From positions 62,001 to 126,000 of the forward strand of contig OZ024741.1 in NCBI GenBank assembly GCA_964016885.1: DNA of 64,000 bases, given 5' to 3'. The stretch comes from Eledone cirrhosa (Eukaryota). Numbering within the stretch: the first letter of the stretch is position 1; each line of letters starts with the position of its first letter. Made by a program: the position numbers and the translations under genes. Under the pieces are notes generated by a model. It did not search any database. It saw nothing but the letters and a program-made list of their open reading frames with translations, and was not told where the DNA came from. Below are positions 1 through 17,400 of this stretch, one piece after another.

Positions 1-3000
1 TAATAACATCAACAACAACAATAACATCAACAACAACACCAACACCAACAATAATACCAACAACAACAATAACACCAACACCAACAATAACACCAACACC
101 AACAATAACACCAACAACAACAATAACACCAACAACAACAATAACACCAACAACAATAATAACATCAACAACAATAACACCAACAATAACACCAACAATA
201 ACACCAACAACAACAATAACACCAACAATAACACCAACAAGAACAATAACACCAACAACAACAATAACATCAACAACAATAACACCAACAATAACACCAA
301 CATCAACAATAACACCAACAACCACAATAACACCAACAACAACAATAACACCAACAACCACAATAACTCCAACAACAACAATAACAACAACAACAACAAT
401 AACACCAACAACAACAATAACACCAACAACAACAATAACACCAACAACAACAATAACACCAACAACAACAATAACACCAACAACCACAATAACACCAACA
501 ACAACAATAACACCAACAACAACAATAACACCAACAATAACACCAACAACAACAATAACACCAACAACAACAATAACACCAACAATAACACCAACACCAA
601 CAATAACACCAACAATAACAATAACACCAACACCAACAATAACACCAACAACAACAATAATATCAACAACAACAATAACACCAACAACAACAATAACACC
701 AACAATAACACCAACAACAACAATAACACCAACAACAACAATAGCACCAACAATAAGACCAACAACAACAATAACACCAACAACAACAATAACACCAACA
801 ATAACACCAACACCAACAATAACACCAACAATAACAATAACACCAACACCAACAATAACACCAACAACAACAATAACATCAACAACAACAATAACACCAA
901 CACCAACAATAACACCAACAATAACACCAACAATAACACCAACAATAACACCAACAATAACACCAACACCAACAATAACACCAACAACAACAATAACACC
1001 AACACCAACAATAACACCAACACCAACAATAACACCAACAATAACACCAACAACAACAATAACATCAACAACAACAATAACCCCAACACCAACAATAACA
1101 CCAACAACAACAATAACATCAACAATAACAATAACACCAACACCAACAATAACACCAACAACAACAATAACACCAACAACACAATAACACCAACAACAAC
1201 AATAACACCAACAACAACAATAACACCAACAACAACAATAACATCAACAACAACAATAACACCAACACCAACAATAACACCAACACCAACAATAACACCA
1301 ACAACAACAATAACACCAACAACAACAATAACACCAACAACAACAATAACATCAACAACAACAATAACATCAACAACAACAATAACACCAACAATAACAC
1401 CAACACCAACAATAACACCAACAACAACAATAACACCAACACCAACAATAACACCAACACCAACAATAACACCAACAACAACAATAACACCAATAACAAC
1501 AATAACACCAACAACAACAATAACACCAACAACAACAATAACACCAACAATAACACCAACAACAACAATAACATCAACACCAGCAATAACACCAACACCA
1601 ACAATAACACCAACACCAACAATAACACCAACAACAACAATAACACCAACAACAACAATAACACCAACAACAACAATAACATCACCAACAACAATAACAT
1701 CAACAACAACAATAACACCAACAATAACACCAACAATAACACCAACAACAACAATAACACCAACAACAACAATAACACCAACACCAACAATAACACCAAC
1801 AACAACAATAACAACAACAACAACAATAACACCAACAACAACAATAACACCAACAACAACAATAACACCAACAACAACAATAACACCAACAACAACAATA
1901 ACATCAACAACAACAATAACACCAACACCAACAATAACACCAGCACCAACAATAACACCAACACCAACAATAACACCAACACCAACAATAACACCAACAC
2001 CAACAATAACACCAACAACAACAATAACATCAACAACAACAATAACACCAACACCAACAATAACACCAACACCCACAATAACACCAACACCAACAATAAC
2101 ACCAACACCAACAATAACACCAACACCAACAATAACACCAACAACAACAATAACACCAACAACAACAATAACACCAACAACAACAATAACACCAACAACA
2201 ACAATAACATCAACAACAACAATAACATCAACAACAACAATAACACCAACAACAACAATAACACCAACAATAACACCAACAACAACAATAACACCTACAA
2301 CAACAATAACACCAACACCATCATTAACACCAACACCAACAATAACACCAACAACAACAATAACACCAACAACAACAATAACACCAACAACAACAATAAC
2401 ACCAACACCAACAATAACACCAACACCAACAATAACACCAACACCAACAACAACACCTACAACAACAATAACACCAACACCAACAATAACACCAACGCCA
2501 ACAATAACACCAACAACAACAATAACACCAACACCAACAATAACACCAACACCAACAATAACACCAACAACAACAATAACACCAACAACAACAATAACAC
2601 CAACAACAACAATAACACCAACACCAACAATAACACCAACAACAACAATGACACCAACACCAACAGTAACACCAACAACAACAATAACACCAGCAACAAC
2701 AATAACATCAACAACAATAATAACATCAACAACAACAATAACATCAACAACAACACCAACACCAACAATAATACCAACAACAACAATAACACCAACACCA
2801 ACAATAACACCAACACCAACAATAACACCAACAACAACAATAACACCAACAACAACAATAACACCAACAACAACAATAACATCAACAACAATAACACCAA
2901 CAATAACACCAACACCAACAATAACACCAACAACAACAATAACACCAACAACAACAATAACACCAACAACAACAATAACATCAACAACAACAATAACACC

Positions 3001-6000
3001 AACAACAACAATAACACCAACAATAACAATAACACCAACAACAACAATAACACCAACAACAACAATAACACCAACAACAACAATAACATCAACAACAACA
3101 ATAACATCAACAACAACAATAACACCAACAATAACACCAACAACAACAATAACACCTACAACAACAATAACACCAACACCAACAATAACAGCAACACCAA
3201 CAATAACACCAACAACAACAATAACACCAACAACAACAATAACACCAACACCAACAATAACACCAACACCAACAATAACACCAACAACAACAATAACACC
3301 AACAACAACAATAACACCAACAACAACAATAACATCAACAACAACAATAACATCAACAACAACAATAACACCAACAATAACACCAACAACAACAATAACA
3401 CCTACAACAACAATAACACCAACACCAACAATAACACCAACACCAACAATAACACCAACAACAACAATAACACCAACAACAACAATAACACCAACACCAA
3501 CAATAACACCAACACCAACAATAACACCAACAACAACAATAACACCAACAACAACAATAACACCAACAACAACAATAACACCAACACCAACAATAACACC
3601 AACACCAACAATAACACCTACAACAACAATAACACCAACACCAACAATAACACCAACGCCAACAATAACACCAACAACAACAATAACACCAACACCAACA
3701 ATAACACCAACACCAACAATAACACCAACGCCAACAATAACACCAACACCAACAATAACACCAACAACAACAATAACACCAACACCAACAATAACACCAA
3801 CAACAACAATAACACCAACAACAACAATAACACCAACAACAACAATAACATCAACAACAATAACACCAACAATAACACCAACACCAACAATAACACCAAC
3901 ACCAACAATAACACCAACAACAACAATAACACCAACAACAACAATAACACCAACACCATCAATAACACCAACGCCAAAAATAACACCAACAACAACAATA
4001 ACACCAACACCAACAATAACACCAACACCAACAATAACACCAACAACAACAATAACACCAACAACAACAATAACACCAACAATAACACCAACAACAACAA
4101 TGACACCAACACCAACAATAACACCAACACCAACAATAACACCAACAACAACAATAACACCAACAACAACAATAACATCAACAACAACAATAACATCAAC
4201 AACAACAATAACATCAACAACAACACCAACACCAACAATAACACCAACAACAACAATAACACCAACACCAACAATAACACCAACAACAACAATAACACCA
4301 ACAACAACAATAACACCAACAATAACACCAACAACAACAATAACATCAACAACAACAATAACAGCAACACCAACAATAACACCAACAACAACAATAACAT
4401 CAACAACAACAATAACACCAACAATAACACCAACAACAACAATAACATCAACACCAACAATAACAGCAACACCAACAATAACACCAACAACAACAATAAC
4501 ACCAACACCAACAATAACACCAACAATAACACCAACAACAACAATAACACCAACAACAACAATAACAGCAACACCAACAATAACACCAACAACAACAATA
4601 ACATCAACAACAACAATAACACCAACACCAACAATAACACCAACAATAACACCAACAACAACAATAACACCAACAACAACAATAACAGCAACACCAACAA
4701 TAACACCAACAACAACAATAACATCAACAACAACAATAACACCAACACCAACAATAACACCAACAATAACACCAACAACAACAATAACACCAACAATAAC
4801 ACCAACACCAATAATAACACCAACAACAACAATAACACCAACAACAACAATAACACCAACAATAACACCAACAACAACAATAACATCAACAACAACAATA
4901 ACAGCAACACCAACAATAACACCAACAACAACAATAACAGCAACACCAACAATAACACCAACAACAACAATAACATCAACAACAACAATAACACCAACAC
5001 CAACAATAACACCAACAATAACACCAACAACAACAATAACACCAACAATAACACCAACACCAATAATAACACCAACAACAACAATAACAGCAACACCAAC
5101 AATAACACCAACAACAACAATAACATCAACAACAACAATAACACCAACACCAACAATAACACCAACAATAACACCAACAACAACAATAACACCAACAATA
5201 ACACCAACACCAATAATAACACCAACAACAACAATAACACCAACAACAACAATAACACCAACAATAACACCAACAACAACAATAACATCAACAACAACAA
5301 TAACAGCAACACCAACAATAACACCAACAACAACAATAACATCAACAACAACAATAACACCAACACCAACAATAACACCAACAACAACAATAACACCAAC
5401 AACAACAATAACACCAACAACAACAATAACACCAACAATAACACCAACAACAACAATAACATCAACAACAACAATAACAGCAACACCAACAATTACACCA
5501 ACAACAACAATAACACCAACACCAACAATAACACCAACACCAACAATAACACCAACAACAACAATAACACCAACAACAACAATAACATCAACAACAACAA
5601 TAACAGCAACACCAACAATAACACCAACAACAACAATAACATCAACAACAACAATAACACCAACACCAACAATAACACCAACAGCAACAATAACACCAAC
5701 AACAACAATAACACCAACAACAACAATAACACCAACAATAACACCAACAACAACAATAACATCAACAACAACAATAACAACAACACCAACAATAACACCA
5801 ACAACAACAATAACATCAACAACAACAATAACACCAACACCAACAATAACACCAACAATAACACCAACAACAACAACAACACCAACACCAACAATAAAAC
5901 CAACACCAACAATAACACCAACAACAACAATAACATCAACAACAACAATAACACCAACACCAACAATAACACCAACAACAACAATAACACCAACACCAAC

Positions 6001-9000
6001 AATAACACCAACACCAACAATTGACACCAACAACAACAATAACGCCAACAACAACAATAACACCAACAACAACAATAACATCAACAACAACAATAACATC
6101 AACAACAACAATAACACCAACAATAACACCAACACCAACAACAACAATAACACCAACACCAACAATAACACCAACACCAACAATAACACCAACAATAACA
6201 CCAACACCAACAATAACATCAACAACAACAATAACATCAACAACAACAATAACAGCAACACCAACAATAACACCAACACCAACAATAACACCAACACCAA
6301 CAATAACACCAACACCAACAATAACACCAACAACAACAATAACACCAACAACAACAATAACACCAACACCAACGATAACACCAACAACAACAATAACACC
6401 AACAACAACAATAACACCAACACCAACAATAACACCAACAACAACAATAACACCAACACCAACAATAACACCAACGCCAACAATAACACCAACAACAACA
6501 ATAACACCAACACCAACAATAACACCAACACCAACAATAACACCAACAACAACAATAACATCAACAACAACAATAACACCAACACCAACGATAACACCAA
6601 CACCAACAATAACACCAACAACAACAATAACACCAACAACAACAATAAAACCAACACCAACGATAACACCAACAACAACAATAACACCAAAAACAACAAT
6701 AACACCAACACCAACAATAACACCAACAACAACAATAACACCAACACCAACAATAACACCAACGCCAACAATAACACCAACAACAACAATAAAACCAACA
6801 CCAACAATAACACCAACACCAACACCAACAATAACACCAACACCAACAATAACACCAACACCAACAATAACACCGACAACAACAATAACACCAACGCCAA
6901 CAATAACACCAACACCAACAATAACACCAACACCAACAATAACACCAACACCAACAATAACACCGACAACAACAATAACACCGACAACAACAATAACACC
7001 AACACCAACAATAACACCAACAATAACACCAACAACAACAATAACACCAACAACAAAAATAACATCAACGCCAACAATAACCCCAACACCAACAATAACA
7101 CCAACAGCAACAATAACACCAACAACAACAATAACACCAACAACAACAATAACATCAACAACAATAACACCAACAATAACACCAACACCAACAATAACAC
7201 CAACACCAACAATAACACCAACAACAACAATAACACCAACAACAACAGTGACACCAACACCAACAATAACACCAACACCAACAATAACACCAACAACAAC
7301 AATAACACCAACAACAACAATAACACCAACAATAACACCAACAACAACAATAACACCAACACCAACAATAACACCAACACCAACAATAACACCAACAACA
7401 ACAATAACACCAACAACAACAATAACATCAACAACAACAATAACATCAACAAAAACAATAACATCAACAACAACACCAACACCAACAATAACACCAACAA
7501 CAACAATAACACCAACACCAACAATAACACCAACAACAACAATAACACCAACACCAACAATAACACCAACAACAACAATAACACCAACAACAACAATAAC
7601 ACCAACAATAACACCAACAACAACAATAACATCAACAACAACAATAACAGCAACACCAACAATAACACCAACAACAACAATAACATCAACAACAACAATA
7701 ACACCAACACCAACAATAACACCAACAATAACACCAACAACAACCATAACACCAACAACAACAATAACACCAACAACAACAATAACACCAACAATAACAC
7801 CAACAACAACAATAACACCAACAACAACAATAACACCAACAACAACAATAACACCAACAACAACATCAACAACAACAATAACATCAACAACAACAATTAC
7901 ATCAACAACAACACCAACACCAACAATAACACCAACAACAACAATAACACCAACACCAACAATAACACCAACAACAACAATAACACCAACAACAACAATA
8001 ACACCAACAATAACACCAACAACAACAATAACATCAACAACAACAATAACAGCAACACCAACAATAACACCAACAACAACAATAACATCAACAACAACAA
8101 TAACATCAACAACAACAATAACATCAACAACAACACCAACACCAACAATAACACCAACAACAACAATAACACCAACACCAACAATAACACCAACAACAAC
8201 AATAACACCAACACCAACAATAACACCAACAACAACAATAACACCAACACCAACAATAACACCAACGCCAACAATAACACCAACAACAACAATAACACCA
8301 ACACCAACAATAACACCAACACCAACAATAACACCAACACCAACAATAACATCAACAACAACAATAACACCAACACCAACGATAACACCAACACCAACAA
8401 TAACACCAACAACAACAATAACACCAACAACAACAATAACACCAACACCAACGATAACACCAACAACAACAATAACACCAACAACAACAATAACACCAAC
8501 ACCAACAATAACACCAACAACAACAATAACACCAACACCAACAATAACACCAACGCCAACAATAACACCAACAACAACAATAAAACCAACACCAACAATA
8601 ACACCAACACCAACAATAACACCAACACCAACAATAACACCAACACCAACAATAACACCAACACCAACAATAACACCGACAACAACAATAACACCAACAC
8701 CAACAATAACACCAACACCAACAATAACACCAACGCCAACAATAACACCAACACCAACAATAACACCAACACCAACAATAACAGCAACACCAACAATAAC
8801 ACCGACAACAACAATAACACCGACAACAACAATAACACCAACACCAACAATAACACCAACAATAACACCAACAACAACAATAACACCAACAACAAAAATA
8901 ACATCAACGCCAACAATAACACCAACACCAACAATAACACCAACAGCAACAATAACACCAACAACAACAATAACACCAACAACAACAATAACATCAACAA

Positions 9001-10866
9001 CAATAACACCAACAATAACACCAACACCAACAATAACACCAACATCAACAATAACACCAATAACAACAATAACACCAACAACAACAGTGACACCAACACC
9101 AACAATAACACCAACACCAACAATAACACCAACAACAACAATAACACCAACAACAACAATAACACCAACAATAACACCAACAACAACAATAACACCAACA
9201 CCAACAATAACACCAACACCAACAATAACACCAACAACAACAATAACACCAACAACAACAATAACATCAACAACAACAATAACATCAACAAAAACAATAA
9301 CATCAACAACAACACCAACACCAACAATAACACCAACAACAACAATAACACCAACACCAACAATAACACCAACAACAACAATAACACCAACACCAACAAT
9401 AACACCAACAACAACAATAACACCAACAACAACAATAACACCAACAATAACACCAACAACAACAATAACATCAACAACAACAATAACAGCAACACCAACA
9501 ATAACACCAACAACAACAATAACATCAACAACAACAATAACACCAACACCAACAATAACACCAACAATAACACCAACAACAACCATAACACCAACAACAA
9601 CAATAACACCAACAACAACAATAACACCAACAATAACACCAACAACAACAATAACACCAACAACAACAATAACACCAACAACAACAATAAAACCAACAAT
9701 AACACCAACGCCAACAATAGCACCAACAACAACAATAACACCAACAACAACAATAACATCAACAACAACAATAACATCAACAACAACAATAACATCAACA
9801 ACAACACCAACACCAACAATAACACCAACAACAACAATAACACCAACACCAACAATAACACCAACAACAACAATAACACCAACAACAACAATAACACCAA
9901 CAATAACACCAACAACAACAATAACATCAACAACAACAATAACAGCAACACCAACAATAACACCAACAACAACAATAACATCAACAACAACAATAACATC
10001 AACAACAACAATAACATCAACAACAACACCAACACCAACAATAACACCAACAACAACAATAACACCAACACCAACAATAACACCAACAACAACAATAACA
10101 CCAACAACAACAATAACACCAACAATAACACCAACAACAACAATAACATCAACAACAACAATAACAGCAACACCAACAATAACACCAACAACAACAATAA
10201 CACCAACAATAACACCAACACCAACAATAACACCAACACCAACAATAACACCAACACCAACAATAACACCGACAACAACAATAACACCAACACCAACAAT
10301 AACACCAACACCAACAATAACACCAACGCCAACAATAACACCAACACCAACAATAACACCAACACCAACAATAACACCAACACCAACAATAACACCGACA
10401 ACAACAATAACACCGACAACAACAATAACACCAACACCAACAATAACACCAACAATAACACCAACAACAACAATAACACCAACAACAAAAATAACATCAA
10501 CGCCAACAATAACACCAACACCAACAATAACACCAACAGCAACAATAACACCAACAACAACACTAACACCAACAACAACAATAACATCAACAACAATAAC
10601 ACCAACAATAACACCAACACCAACAATAACACCAACACCAACAATAACACCAACAACAACAATAACACCAACAACAACAGTGACACCAACACCAACAATA
10701 ACACCAACACCAACAATAACACCAACAACAACAATAACACCAACAACAACAATAACACCAACAATAACACCAACAACAACAATAACACCAACACCAACAA
10801 TAACACCAACACCAACAATAACACCAACAACAACAATAACATCAACAACAACAATAACATCAACAA

Positions 10867-13800
10867 AAAACAATAACATCAACAACAACACCAACACCAA
10901 CAATAACACCAACAACAACAATAACACCAACACCAACAATAACACCAACAACAACAATAACACCAACACCAACAATAACACCAACAACAACAATAACACC
11001 AACAACAACAATAACACCAACAATAACACCAACAACAACAATAACATCAACAACAACAATAACAGCAACACCAACAATAACACCAACAACAACAATAACA
11101 TCAACAACAACAATAACACCAACACCAACAATAACACCAACAATAACACCAACAACAACCATAACACCAACAACAACAATAACACCAACAACAACAATAA
11201 CACCAACAATAACACCAACAACAACAATAACACCAACAACAACAATAACACCAACAATAACACCAACACCAACAATAACACCAACAACAACAATAACACC
11301 AACAACAACAATAACATCAACAACAACAATAACATCAACAACAACAATAACATCAACAACAACACCAACACCGACAATAACACCAACAACAACAATAACA
11401 CCAACACCAACAATAACACCAACAACAACAATAACACCAACAACAACAATAACACCAACAATAACACCAACAACAACAATAACATCAACAACAACAATAA
11501 CAGCAACACCAACAATAACACCAACAACAACAATAACATCAACAACAACAATAACATCAACAACAACAATAACATCAACAACAACACCAACACCAACAAT
11601 AACACCAACAACAACAATAACACCAACACCAACAATAACACCAACAACAACAATAATACCAACAACAACAATAACACCAACAATAACACCAACAACAACA
11701 ATAACATCAACAACAACAATAACAGCAACACCAACAATAACACCAACAACAACAATAACACCAACAATAACACCAACACCAACAATAACACCAACAACAA
11801 CAATAACACCAACAACAACAATAACACCAACAACAACAATAACACCAACAACAACAATAACACCAACAATAACACCAACAACAACAATAACATCAACAAC
11901 AACAATAACAACAACACCAACAATAACACCAACAACAACAATAACATCAACAACAACAATTACACCAACACCAACAATAACACCAACAACAACAATAACA
12001 CCAACAACAACAATAACACCAACAACAACAATAACACCAACAATAACACCAACAACAACAACAACATCAACAACAACAATAACAGCAACACCAACAATTA
12101 CACCAACAACAACAATAACACCAACACCAACAATAACACCAACACCAACAATAACACCAACAACAACAATAACACCAACAACAACAATAACATCAACAAC
12201 AACAATAACAGCAACACCAACAATAACACCAACAACAACAATAACATCAACAACAACAATAACACCAACACCAACAATAACACCAACAGCAACAATAACA
12301 CCAACAACAACAATAACACCAACAACAACAATAACACCAACAACAACAATAACATCAACAACAACAATAACAGCAACACCAACAATAACACCAACAACAA
12401 CAATAACATCAACAACAACAATAACACCAACACCAACAATAACACCAACAATAACACCAACAACAACAATAACACCAACACCAACAATAACACCAACACC
12501 AACAATAACACCAACAACAACAATAACATCAACAACAACAATAACACCAACACCAACAATAACACCAACAACAACAATAACACCAACAACAACAATAACA
12601 CCAACAATAACACCAACAACAACAATAACACCAACACCAACAATAACACCAACACCAACAATAACACCAACACCAACAATAACACCAACAACAACAATAA
12701 CATCAACAACAACAATAACATCAACAAAAACAATAACATCAACAACAACACCAACACCAACAATAACACCAACAACAACAATAACACCAACACCAACAAT
12801 AACACCAACAACAACAATAACACCAACACCAACAATAACACCAACAACAACAATAACACCAACAACAACAATAACACCAACAATAACACCAACAACAACA
12901 ATAACATCAACAACAACAATAACAGCAACACCAACAATAACACCAACAACAACAATAACATCAACAACAACAATAACACCAACACCAACAATAACACCAA
13001 CAATAACACCAACAACAACCATAACACCAACAACAACAATAACACCAACAACAACAATAACACCAACAATAACACCAACAACAACAATAACACCAACAAC
13101 AACAATAACACCAACAATAACACCAACACCAACAATAACACCAACAACAACAATAACACCAACAACAACAATAACATCAACAACAACAATAACATCAACA
13201 ACAACAATAACATCAACAACAACACCAACACCGACAATAACACCAACAACAACAATAACACCAACACCAACAATAACACCAACAACAACAATAACACCAA
13301 CAACAACAATAACACCAACAATAACACCAACAACAACAATAACATCAACAACAACAATAACAGCAACACCAACAATAACACCAACAACAACAATAACATC
13401 AACAACAACAATAACATCAACAACAACAATAACATCAACAACAACACCAACACCAACAATAACACCAACAACAACAATAACACCAACACCAACAATAACA
13501 CCAACAACAACAATAATACCAACAACAACAATAACACCAACAATAACACCAACAACAACAATAACATCAACAACAACAATAACAGCAACACCAACAATAA
13601 CACCAACAACAACAATAACACCAACAATAACACCAACACCAACAATAACACCAACAACAACAATAACACCAACAACAACAATAACACCAACAACAACAAT
13701 AACACCAACAACAACAATAACACCAACAATAACACCAACAACAACAATAACATCAACAACAACAATAACAACAACACCAACAATAACACCAACAACAACA

Positions 13801-14447
13801 ATAACATCAACAACAACAATTACACCAACACCAACAATAACACCAACAACAACAATAACACCAACAACAACAATAACACCAACAACAACAATAACACCAA
13901 CAATAACACCAACAACAACAACAACATCAACAACAACAATAACAGCAACACCAACAATTACACCAACAACAACAATAACACCAACACCAACAATAACACC
14001 AACACCAACAATAACACCAACAACAACAATAACACCAACAACAACAATAACATCAACAACAACAATAACAGCAACACCAACAATAACACCAACAACAACA
14101 ATAACATCAACAACAACAATAACACCAACACCAACAATAACACCAACAGCAACAATAACACCAACAACAACAATAACACCAACAACAACAATAACACCAA
14201 CAACAACAATAACATCAACAACAACAATAACAGCAACACCAACAATAACACCAACAACAACAATAACATCAACAACAACAATAACACCAACACCAACAAT
14301 AACACCAACAATAACACCAACAACAACAATAACACCAACACCAACAATAACACCAACACCAACAATAACACCAACAACAACAATAACATCAACAACAACA
14401 ATAACACCAACACCAACAATAACACCAACAACAACAATAACACCAAC
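10867..14447. repeat. Near-perfect 1860-bp higher-order tandem duplication
   Basis: Lines 10921-12540 match lines 12781-14400 by eye. Shared rare markers at offset 1860: CCGACA 11371/13231, AATAATACC about 11652/13512, AATTAC about 11958/13818. Confidence 0.93.
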
Positions 14448-17400
14448 ACCAACAATAACACCAACACCAACAATAACACCAACAACAACAATAACACCAA
14501 CAACAACAATAACACCAACAACAACAATAACATCAACAACAACAATAACATCAACAACAACAATAACACCAACAATAACACCAACAACAACAATAACACC
14601 AACAACAACAATAACACCAACAATAACACCAACAACAACAATAACATCAACAACAACAATAACAGCAACACCAACAATAACACCAACAACAACAATAACA
14701 TCAACAACAACAATAACATCAACAACAACAATAACATCAACAACAACACCAACACCAACAATAACACCAACAACAACAATAACACCAACACCAACAATAA
14801 CACCAACAACAACAATAACACCAACAACAACAATAACACCAACAATAACACCAACAACAACAATAACATCAACAACAACAATAACAGCAACACCAACAAT
14901 AACACCAACAACAACAATAACACCAACAATAACACCAACACCAACAATAACACCAACACCAACAATAACACCAACACCAACAATAACACCGACAACAACA
15001 ATAACACCAACACCAACAATAACACCAACACCAACAATAACACCAACGCCAACAATAACACCAACACCAACAATAACACCAACACCAACAATAACACCAA
15101 CACCAACAATAACACCGACAACAACAATAACACCGACAACAACAATAACACCAACACCAACAATAACACCAACAATAACACCAACAACAACAATAACACC
15201 AACAACAAAAATAACATCAACGCCAACAATAACACCAACACCAACAATAACACCAACAGCAACAATAACACCAACAACAACAATAACACCAACAACAACA
15301 ATAACATCAACAACAACACCAACAATAACACCAACACCAACAATAACACCAACACCAACAATAACACCAACAACAACAATAACACCAACAACAACAGTGA
15401 CACCAACACCAACAATAACACCAACACCAACAATAACACCAACAACAACAATAACACCAACAACAACAATAACACCAACAATAACACCAACAACAACAAT
15501 AACACCAACACCAACAATAACACCAACACCAACAATAACACCAACAACAACAATAACATCAACAACAACAATAACATCAACAAAAACAATAACATCAACA
15601 ACAACACCAACACCAACAATAACACCAACAACAACAATAACACCAACACCAACAATAACACCAACAACAACAATAACACCAACACCAACAATAACACCAA
15701 CAACAACAATAACACCAACAACAACAATAACACCAACAATAACACCAACAACAAAAATAACATCAACAACAACAATAACAGCAACACCAACAATAACACC
15801 AACAACAACAATAACATCAACAACAACAATAACACCAACACCAACAATAACACCAACAATAACACCAACAACAACCATAACACCAACAACAACAATAACA
15901 CCAACAACAACAATAACACCAACAATAACACCAACAACAACAATAACACCAACAACAACAATAACACCAACAATAACACCAACACCAACAATAACACCAA
16001 CAACAACAATAACACCAACAACAACAATAACATCAACAACAACAATAACATCAACAACAACAATAACATCAACAACAACACCAACACCAACAATAACACC
16101 AACAACAACAATAACACCAACACCAACAATAACACCAACAACAACAATAACACCAACAACAACAATAACACCAACAATAACACCAACAACAACAATAACA
16201 TCAACAACAACAATAACAGCAACACCAACAATAACACCAACAACAACAATAACATCAACAACAACAATAACATCAACAACAACAATAACATCAACAACAA
16301 CACCAACACCAACAATAACACCAACAACAACAATAACACCAACACCAACAATAACACCAACAACAACAATAATACCAACAACAACAATAACACCAACAAT
16401 AACACCAACAACAACAATAACATCAACAACAACAATAACAGCAACACCAACAATAACACCAACAACAACAATAACACCAACAATAACACCAACACCAACA
16501 ATAACACCAACAACAACAATAACACCAACAACAACAATAACACCAACAACAACAATAACACCAACAACAACAATAACACCAACAATAACACCAACAACAA
16601 CAATAACATCAACAACAACAATAACAACAACACCAACAATAACACCAACAACAACAATAACATCAACAACAACAATTACACCAACACCAACAATAACACC
16701 AACAACAACAATAACACCAACAACAACAATAACACCAACAACAACAATAACACCAACAATAACACCAACAACAACAACAACATCAACAACAACAATAACA
16801 GCAACACCAACAATTACACCAACAACAACAATAACACCAACACCAACAATAACACCAACACCAACAATAACACCAACAACAACAATAACACCAACAACAA
16901 CAATAACATCAACAACAACAATAACAGCAACACCAAAAATAACACCAACAACAACAATAACATCAACAACAACAATAACACCAACACCAACAATAACACC
17001 AACAGCAACAATAACACCAACAACAACAATAACACCAACAACAACAATAACACCAACAATAACACCAACAACAACAATAACATCAACAACAACAATAACA
17101 GCAACACCAACAATAACACCAACAACAACAATAACATCAACAACAACAATAACACCAACACCAACAATAACACCAACAATAACACCAACAACAACAATAA
17201 CACCAACACCAACAATAACACCAACACCAACAATAACACCAACAACAACAATAACATCAACAACAACAATAACACCAACACCAACAATAACACCAACAAC
17301 AACAATAACACCAACACCAACAATAACACCAACACCAACAATAACACCAACAACAACAATAACACCAACAACAACAATAACACCAACAACAACAATAACA

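Noticed and set aside
7230-7270. Similarity of TTTVTPTPT to the human MUC2 repeat
   Set aside because: This is a low-complexity match only. The 23-residue/69-bp MUC2 period is absent, so no gene symbol is assigned.
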